This document shows, piece after piece, positions 25,556 through 31,390 of a stretch of DNA of 31,390 nucleotides (its first letter is position 1; each line of letters opens with the position of its first letter). The translations under genes were made by a program, and so were the position numbers. The DNA lies in IMG/VR virus record IMGVR_UViG_3300033489_000043, positions 1 to 31,390 of that record; one strand, 5' to 3'. This stretch comes from a virus. Its lineage: Duplodnaviria > Caudoviricetes. The notes beneath the pieces were generated by a model. It saw nothing but the letters and a program-made list of their open reading frames with translations, did not search any database and was not told where the DNA came from.

Positions 25556-25611
25556 CTCTAACGCAAAAGTCACCGGCGCCGAAGGCGTCCGCGTGGACTG
25601 ACGGGTTATGC
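25556..25611 (-). repeat. attC-like site 14
   Basis: Minus: GCATAAC-CCGTC-AGTCCACG...GGTGACT-TTTGC-GTTAGAG. Confidence 0.85.
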
Positions 25612-25706
25612 CCCGTCTTTCGATGGAAATATATTCGATTTAGGTGTTGATGCGCTGTTAATTTACCTGTAATATACGTTTATTAAATTTACAAGGTAAA
25701 TCCAAG

Positions 25707-26198
25707 ATGAAAAGCGCAGAATGCACGATCAATGTAGGGATTCCGGCAGATGTTCTTGAGCGGCTCGATGTGATGGCAAGCACGCAATTCACCACCCGAT
25801 CAGAAATAGCTAGATCGTTTTTAATCGAGGCTCTATACCGACAGGATATAGATTCTGAATTTGTTTTTTTGACCTTGGTTACATGGTCGAAAGCGGTAAA
25901 AAACCGCGACAGCAATAAATGCGCGAAGTGCGGAAGCGTTGAAAAATTACACGCGCACCACAAGCGTCCAGTGGCGCGTGGCGGAAAAAATACATTGGAG
26001 AACGGGATAACGCTTTGCCGGGAATGCCACACAGCAGCGCACATCTTGGAATTCAGAGGGGCAGGGCAAGAGCGCATTGCTGTTGGCTTGAAGCTCCCCC
26101 GCTGGCTTGTGGAATGGCTACGCGCCCAGCCCGAGTCTTTAACCGGATTGATCGAAGAGGCTTTGATCGAAGAAAATAAGTTAAAAGCACCAATTTAA
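25707..26198 (+). CDS. RHH + HNH endonuclease + small DNA-binding domain fusion
   Basis: VGIPADVLERLD; CAKCG...HAHH...GGKNTLENGITLCRECH; KLPRWLVEWL tail. Confidence 0.8.
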   Translation: MKSAECTINVGIPADVLERLDVMASTQFTTRSEIARSFLIEALYRQDIDSEFVFLTLVTWSKAVKNRDSNKCAKCGSVEKLHAHHKRPVARGGKNTLENGITLCRECHTAAHILEFRGAGQERIAVGLKLPRWLVEWLRAQPESLTGLIEEALIEENKLKAPI

Positions 26199-26252
26199 GG
26201 ATATATAAAATCTTATTGACTTTCGCTAAAATAATGCTATACTGTTTTCACG

Positions 26253-26510
26253 GTGCAGGAAATGCCGGATTACAGAGGAGCAGCGAACATGGCAAATACA
26301 GATAGTTGGAAATCTGCCGGAGATTTGAAATATAGCCGCATGTTAGGCGCATATATGAGCCGAGTAAATTCGGGCGTAGACAGGGGCGATGATGATGCAT
26401 CGTTTGCGCACGTTGAGAAACTATTTTCATTCATGGCCGCTAACCCAGTTGATTATGCCCAGCGCGCTCGCGATGAGGCACAGGCCAAAAAAGAGGAGGA
26501 TGGAGAATGA
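26253..26510 (+). CDS. Hypothetical protein (start uncertain)
   Basis: Preceded by TTGACT-16-TATACT (26216-26243); ATGA-coupled to next gene. Confidence 0.55.
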   Translation: MQEMPDYRGAANMANTDSWKSAGDLKYSRMLGAYMSRVNSGVDRGDDDASFAHVEKLFSFMAANPVDYAQRARDEAQAKKEEDGE

Positions 26511-26764
26511 AACTCAGCGATAAAAAAATATACGAGCAGGAGTGCAAAAAAATGGATGCGATGATGGGTGATCCGGTTTTTGTTTGCGCTACAGGAGCCA
26601 TTCCAGAATTACGCGCAGCCACACCCCGTCAGGGCGGGGAGCTTTTCGCTAGGTTTTATGCGCACGATGAAGAAAGTTTTTTGAAAGCGACAAAATATGT
26701 TGGGCTTTCCACTCGTGAAATAGCTGTTGCCCGCGAACAGGCAGAATCTCGCGGGGTAATGTGA
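26507..26764 (+). CDS. Hypothetical protein
   Basis: SD GGAG; coupled on both sides. Confidence 0.6.
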   Translation: MKLSDKKIYEQECKKMDAMMGDPVFVCATGAIPELRAATPRQGGELFARFYAHDEESFLKATKYVGLSTREIAVAREQAESRGVM

Positions 26765-26988
26765 GTGACTCTAATCCAAGAGGCGCGGGGCGCAAGCCCG
26801 CACCGCCTGAACTTAAAAAGATTCCGGTTGGAATAAAACTCCCGCGCTGGCTTGTGGAGTGGATGCGTGCTCGGCCTGAGAGTCAGGCCGTGCTGATAGA
26901 GGAAGCGTTAAAAAAGCGGCACAAATTGAAACCGCCCGAAGGGGCATATGCACCACATATAAGCCGAAAAAATTGGAACCGAAAATAA
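26761..26988 (+). CDS. Small RHH-like DNA-binding protein
   Basis: RGAGRKP...IKLPRWLVEWM...LIEEAL. Confidence 0.7.
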   Translation: MSDSNPRGAGRKPAPPELKKIPVGIKLPRWLVEWMRARPESQAVLIEEALKKRHKLKPPEGAYAPHISRKNWNRK

Positions 26989-27551
26989 AACAGAAAAAAT
27001 GCAAATCCCCTGGATGTGGTAAATTATTTACCCCTGATCGATCTACGCAGGTTGTTTGCAATAATATGCGGTGTGCAGTTGGCTACGTAAAACATAAATC
27101 AGAGCAGAGATCCGCAAAGGCGGCTACCAGAGAGCGTGTAGCGCTGCGGGAGGCCAAAATAAAGGCTAAGCCCAGGGGGGAGTGGCTAAAGGGCGCGCAA
27201 TCTGCATTTAATGCGTACATCCGCGCACGTGATGATCATTTGCCATGTGTGAGCTGTGGACGTCATCATACCGGGCAATACCACGCCGGACACTACATGC
27301 CGACCAGCACTAGGCCAGCACTCAGATTTGATGAGCGCAATGTGCACAAACAATGCTCTGTATGCAACAATCATCTGCATGGCAATTTAGTGCACTACAG
27401 GATGGCTCTGGTAAAAATGATCGGCAGCGATCTGGTGGAGTGGTTGGAGGGGGAGCACCAGCCAAAAAAATACACAATCCCCGACCTAATTGATATCAGA
27501 GACCGCTACCGCCTAAAATTGCGTGAACTGCTCAAAAAAAAATGTGAATAA
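26973..27551 (+). CDS. ninG: NinG/Rap family endonuclease
   Basis: AQSAFNAYIRARD, CVSCG, HAGHY, LRFDERNVHKQCSVCN, GNLVHYR. Confidence 0.92.
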   Translation: MEPKIKQKKCKSPGCGKLFTPDRSTQVVCNNMRCAVGYVKHKSEQRSAKAATRERVALREAKIKAKPRGEWLKGAQSAFNAYIRARDDHLPCVSCGRHHTGQYHAGHYMPTSTRPALRFDERNVHKQCSVCNNHLHGNLVHYRMALVKMIGSDLVEWLEGEHQPKKYTIPDLIDIRDRYRLKLRELLKKKCE

Positions 27552-27597
27552 CTAAGAATTATGTGGATAACTCAAAAAAATAGCCGACTTATCCACA
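27543..27597. promoter_or_regulatory. Three DnaA-box matches
   Basis: TGTGAATAA 27543, TGTGGATAA 27562, TTATCCACA 27589. Confidence 0.65.
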
Positions 27598-27607
27598 GAT
27601 ATTTATG

Positions 27608-27635
27608 TTGACGTTGCGCCAAAATGGCGTATGAT
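27608..27635 (+). promoter_or_regulatory. Sigma70-like promoter
   Basis: TTGACG-16-TATGAT. Confidence 0.6.
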
Positions 27636-27703
27636 GACCTGCATCGGATGCACTAACGCAAACAGCACAAATAACCCCCGAGGCGCGCAAAGCGCCTCTT
27701 TTG

Positions 27704-27731
27704 CCCCAGCCTAATCGCTGGGGTTTTTTTT
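27704..27731 (+). terminator. Rho-independent terminator
   Basis: CCCCAGC-ctaatc-GCTGGGG followed by T8. Confidence 0.9.
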
Positions 27732-27777
27732 GCCCAATCTATTGACAATAGTGAGCACTCACGCTATTTTAATCAGC

Positions 27778-28368
27778 ATGAGCGAGCACACACCAACCAA
27801 ACAGCCAAAAACGCCAAGGGTAGCAAAAACCCCAAAGGCTCAGGTATCAACTCCATCCAGCAAATCGACTACAGCGCATCCTACAACAGCACAACGCCTT
27901 GATGTAATTGGGATTGATGCAATCTGCGAAATGGTAGCGGATTGTGTGACTCTGAGAGAGATTGCCGAGGGTGTGGGAATATCAAAAGGCTCGCTGATTG
28001 CATGGCTTGCCGGACATGCTGACCAATACACGCGCGCGAGAGAGGCGCAGGCTGATGTTTTGGCTGGCGACATCCTGAAACTGGCCGACGAATGCCGAAT
28101 CGGTACTATAAAAACCGAACGGGCCAACGGCGACACGGAAATCAGGACTGCCGACATGGTTGATCGCGCTCGGTTGCAGATTGATGCACGTAAATGGCTG
28201 GCTGGCAAAATGTCGCCTAAAAAATACGGCGAAAAAATCCAGCACGGCGGCGCCGACGACCTCCCACCGATTAAAACCGAAGAACAAACATCGCCGCGCG
28301 AAATGGCGCGGCGCATCGCATTTGCGCTATCCATTGGACTCAAGGATGCGCAAACCCCGCCCGACTAG
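27778..28368 (+). CDS. terS: Terminase small subunit (Sf6-like)
   Basis: ICEMVADCVTLREI, YTRAREAQAD, RARLQIDARKWLAGKMSPKKYGEK. Confidence 0.9.
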   Translation: MSEHTPTKQPKTPRVAKTPKAQVSTPSSKSTTAHPTTAQRLDVIGIDAICEMVADCVTLREIAEGVGISKGSLIAWLAGHADQYTRAREAQADVLAGDILKLADECRIGTIKTERANGDTEIRTADMVDRARLQIDARKWLAGKMSPKKYGEKIQHGGADDLPPIKTEEQTSPREMARRIAFALSIGLKDAQTPPD

Positions 28369-28418
28369 GGCATCCTCCGCAGCACAAGCAGGCCACGGCC
28401 ATATAAAGGAGTAACATC

Positions 28419-29264
28419 ATGGGATCACGTAACGACAACAACATACTCACATCGCTGCACGGCAAAAAGTGCGGCATCACCGGCTCTGGCGCATTAGTAA
28501 TCAATGGCCAGCAGGTAACGCAGGCCGTATCGACCGGGCTGTGGGAGCAGTGCCCGGCAGGTGGCCGCGACCCATATCCTACATTCGAGGTGTTTGAAGA
28601 TTTCCTGTACCCGGCATCGGCCACGGTATCTGATCTCACAGCATGGACGATATCAGGCGACGGCGCTACCGGCACCAATGCATTTCAGGACGCGGCAGGC
28701 GGCATTTTTAATCTGGTCACGGCTGCCGCTGACAACGACTACCATCATATGTCGTTGCAACATGAGGCGTTTAAGTTCGCCTCAGGCAAGCGGTTGTGGC
28801 TGGAGGCGCGGGTGAAAGTGGCTGAGGCTACCGTGCTGGAGTCCACGTGGTGGGTCGGGCTGACAGATACTCTGACAACGGGCGGATTCCAGGCCAACGC
28901 CGCTGGCCCGCTGGCATCATATGATGGCGCTCTGATCTACAAAACCCCCGAAACTGCAATGACGCTCAATTTTGAGTCCAGCAATGCCGGGACGCAAGTG
29001 ACTAATGTCGGCCCGACTGGATCAACCAGCGTGACTGACACATGGACGCGAGTCGGGTTTTATTTTGACGGCACAGCAACCACCTCAACAATTACACCGT
29101 TTTTTGCGGTAAACGGTAGTAATGTGTGGGTAAAAGGCACTGCGCACGACATCACACTGAGCGGACTCGAAGAAATGCACTTGGTGATTGGTGTTAAGGC
29201 TGGCCCTACTGCTGCCGCAGAAACCCTGCAAATCGATTATGTGAAAGTAGTTGCAGAACGGTAA
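28419..29264 (+). CDS. Hypothetical beta-rich protein, possibly structural
   Basis: SD AAGGAG; FEDF, LWLEARVK, QIDYVKV suggest beta-sandwich. Confidence 0.7.
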   Translation: MGSRNDNNILTSLHGKKCGITGSGALVINGQQVTQAVSTGLWEQCPAGGRDPYPTFEVFEDFLYPASATVSDLTAWTISGDGATGTNAFQDAAGGIFNLVTAAADNDYHHMSLQHEAFKFASGKRLWLEARVKVAEATVLESTWWVGLTDTLTTGGFQANAAGPLASYDGALIYKTPETAMTLNFESSNAGTQVTNVGPTGSTSVTDTWTRVGFYFDGTATTSTITPFFAVNGSNVWVKGTAHDITLSGLEEMHLVIGVKAGPTAAAETLQIDYVKVVAER

Positions 29265-29267
29265 CAA

Positions 29268-30854
29268 GTGAGCGCACACTTACGCTTAGATGCAGCACTG
29301 GCGGCATTGCGTCTCGATGATATTGAGGCGCATGTTGCCGCTGGTGGTGATGGGGTGATTGCTGCGCTCAAATCTGCCAATGATCTGATTGGTGGTAAAA
29401 AATTCATCCCTTCGCCCGGGCCGCAGACTCGGGCGTACCATTCTGAGGCTGACGTACTGCTGTATGGGGGTTCGCCTGGTGGTGGGAAAACTGCATTATT
29501 GTGCGGCTTGGCAATAAACGAGCATCGCCGCAGCCTGATTGTTCGGCGTAATTTCGTTGATTTGGACGCTGTAATTGGCACTCTGCGTAACATCCTAGGT
29601 AGTAGGCAGGGAATCACCGGCGAGGGCAATAGACCACGCTATACCGATGGCGAGCGTGAGATCACGTTTGCTGGTATGGGTGAGGATATGGGCGGAAAAC
29701 AGGGTAATGCCAGAGACCTGGTAGGAGTCGATGAGGCGGCACAAATGCCTGAGGATCAGATCAGGATGCTCATGGGCTGGCTGCGAACAGAGGTGGCAGG
29801 ACAACGATGCCGCGTTGTACTAGCCAGTAATCCCCCGTTAAATTCAACCGGCGATTGGATGATCGAATATTTTGGCCCGTGGCTCAATCCTCAGCATCCC
29901 AACCCAGCTCAGGAGGGTGAGTTGCGGTATTTCCTGCCGTGTGACGACGGCGGGTATCGTGAGTGCAGCCCAGACGATTCGATAATGATTCACGGGGTAA
30001 AGGTAAGACCTCAAAGCCGCACGTTTATCAGCTCCAAATTTACCGATAATCCGTTTTACGACTCAGAGCAATACGCCAAATCATTGGCTGGTTTGCCTGA
30101 TTCAGTTCGTGACATACTAATCAGCGGCAATTTTCTGACATCGCGTGCCGATGATACATGGCAGGCAATCCCGACATCGTGGATACGTGAGGCTCAATCG
30201 AGGTGGACTAAAACTCCTCCAGTCGGTGTGCCGATGTGCGCTATTGGCGTTGATATTGCGCAGGGTGGCGCGGACGAAACTGTATTAGCTGTGAGGCATG
30301 ATGGGTGGTATGCGCCATTATTCGCCATTCCTGGCACTCAAACGCCTGATGGTAAGATTGCTGCCGGCCTTGTAATGTCGCGCCGTCGCGATGGCGCGCG
30401 GGTAATTGTTGATATCGGTGGAGGATGGGGTGGTGATTGCCATGCGCATTTGAGGGAAAATGGCATTGATTCTGTATCGTATATGGGTGTAAAACCGTCG
30501 ATGGGACGAACAGCAGACCGAGCGTTAAAATTTACCAATATCCGCAGTCAGGCATATTGGAGATTTAGAGAGGCTCTTGACCCGTCGCAGCCTGGCGGTA
30601 GTCCGATTATGCTACCGCATGACAGCGTGTTAGTTGCTGATTTATGTGCGCCGACATACGAAGTAACGCCGAATGGGATTAAAATAGAGCCAAAGGAAAA
30701 AGTGTGCCAAAAGCTTGGGAGATCGCCTGACCGTGGCGACGCTGTAGTAATGGCATGGCACGATGGGCTGAAAGTGGCAAACAAACAGGGCGGATGGCAG
30801 GGTAACAATCGAATGCCAAAAGTAAATCTTGGACACAGTGCTGTAAGGCGATGA
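29268..30854 (+). CDS. terL: Terminase large subunit
   Basis: GGSPGGGKT Walker A, VGVDEA Walker B, ASNP, IGVDIAQGG, SPDRGDA. Confidence 0.95.
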   Translation: MSAHLRLDAALAALRLDDIEAHVAAGGDGVIAALKSANDLIGGKKFIPSPGPQTRAYHSEADVLLYGGSPGGGKTALLCGLAINEHRRSLIVRRNFVDLDAVIGTLRNILGSRQGITGEGNRPRYTDGEREITFAGMGEDMGGKQGNARDLVGVDEAAQMPEDQIRMLMGWLRTEVAGQRCRVVLASNPPLNSTGDWMIEYFGPWLNPQHPNPAQEGELRYFLPCDDGGYRECSPDDSIMIHGVKVRPQSRTFISSKFTDNPFYDSEQYAKSLAGLPDSVRDILISGNFLTSRADDTWQAIPTSWIREAQSRWTKTPPVGVPMCAIGVDIAQGGADETVLAVRHDGWYAPLFAIPGTQTPDGKIAAGLVMSRRRDGARVIVDIGGGWGGDCHAHLRENGIDSVSYMGVKPSMGRTADRALKFTNIRSQAYWRFREALDPSQPGGSPIMLPHDSVLVADLCAPTYEVTPNGIKIEPKEKVCQKLGRSPDRGDAVVMAWHDGLKVANKQGGWQGNNRMPKVNLGHSAVRR

Positions 30855-30865
30855 AAGGACATATC

Positions 30866-31114
30866 ATGAGTGGAATGGGAGACTTTATTACTGGTGGAAT
30901 GGGATTTGGTAAGATTCTGAGTAGTTTAACAGCAAAAGCTGCTACACAATCAGCCCCAATTTTAAAAGAGCCAACAGTGATGCCGACTGCTGACGATGCA
31001 GCAATTCGCGCAGCTAAACGCAAAGCTCTTGCAGGCCAATCTAAACGTAGTGGAAGACAGTCTACAATCCTATCTGGCGATGGCGGAGTTGGATCATCCG
31101 ACACATTGGGCTAA
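30866..31114 (+). CDS. Small protein upstream of portal
   Basis: MPTADD...SGRQSTILS...TLG, typical pre-portal gene of podoviruses. Confidence 0.65.
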   Translation: MSGMGDFITGGMGFGKILSSLTAKAATQSAPILKEPTVMPTADDAAIRAAKRKALAGQSKRSGRQSTILSGDGGVGSSDTLG

Positions 31115-31117
31115 TCC

Positions 31118-31390
31118 ATGAGCGCGCGCGTAAAAGCAATTAAGGATTTGGGTAATCAGCTATTCGGAAAACGTGATGGGCTGCTGACGTTGTGGCAGGT
31201 TATTGCCGAAAATTTTTACCCGATACGCGCAGATTTCACCACAGCCAGCAATTTGGGTGATGAGTACGCATCAAAATTGATGAGCTCATATCCGGTGATT
31301 GCGTGTCGAGATTTGAGCAATTCCATAGGTTCAATGCTCGATCTGTCTAAATTCTCAATGTCTACCAGCAGGCCAGACAGGGAGGATACT
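31118..31390 (+). CDS. Portal (head-tail connector), 3' truncated
   Basis: Hand translation MSARVK...LFGKRDGLLTLWQVIAENFYPIRADF; follows terL. Confidence 0.8.
   Translation, partial: MSARVKAIKDLGNQLFGKRDGLLTLWQVIAENFYPIRADFTTASNLGDEYASKLMSSYPVIACRDLSNSIGSMLDLSKFSMSTSRPDREDT

Noticed and set aside
5401-25611. Palindromic repeats as CRISPR array or terminators
   Set aside because: Variable length and sequence, separated by whole genes, no T-tracts, no cas genes; the layout fits attC

Overview
A 31-kb stretch of a tailed phage genome with podovirus-like structural genes (ejection-protein C-terminus, tailspike, terS/terL, T7-type portal) and lambdoid-style divergent early arms: Bet/Exo/SSB leftward; initiator, DnaB, methylases and NinG rightward. 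No integrase or CI-like repressor is recognisable. Three unusual systems stand out. (1) About 14 integron attC-like sites form three cassette arrays with no integrase in the window. Nine inter-site segments have mutually complementary core flanks like real cassettes. The sites are reversed relative to most cargo genes, and some loops supply SD+ATG or stop codons. (2) One 3.1-kb cassette carries tRNA-Pro plus the RNA ligase RtcB. It appears to have been invaded three times by homing endonucleases (2 HNH, 1 LAGLIDADG), each alongside a replacement piece of the gene it broke. (3) An intergenic group I intron-like RNA (about 10650-11100, minus strand) has an intact P3/P4/P7 core and a co-varied P7. 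Gene calls come from motif recognition only; no database searches were run.
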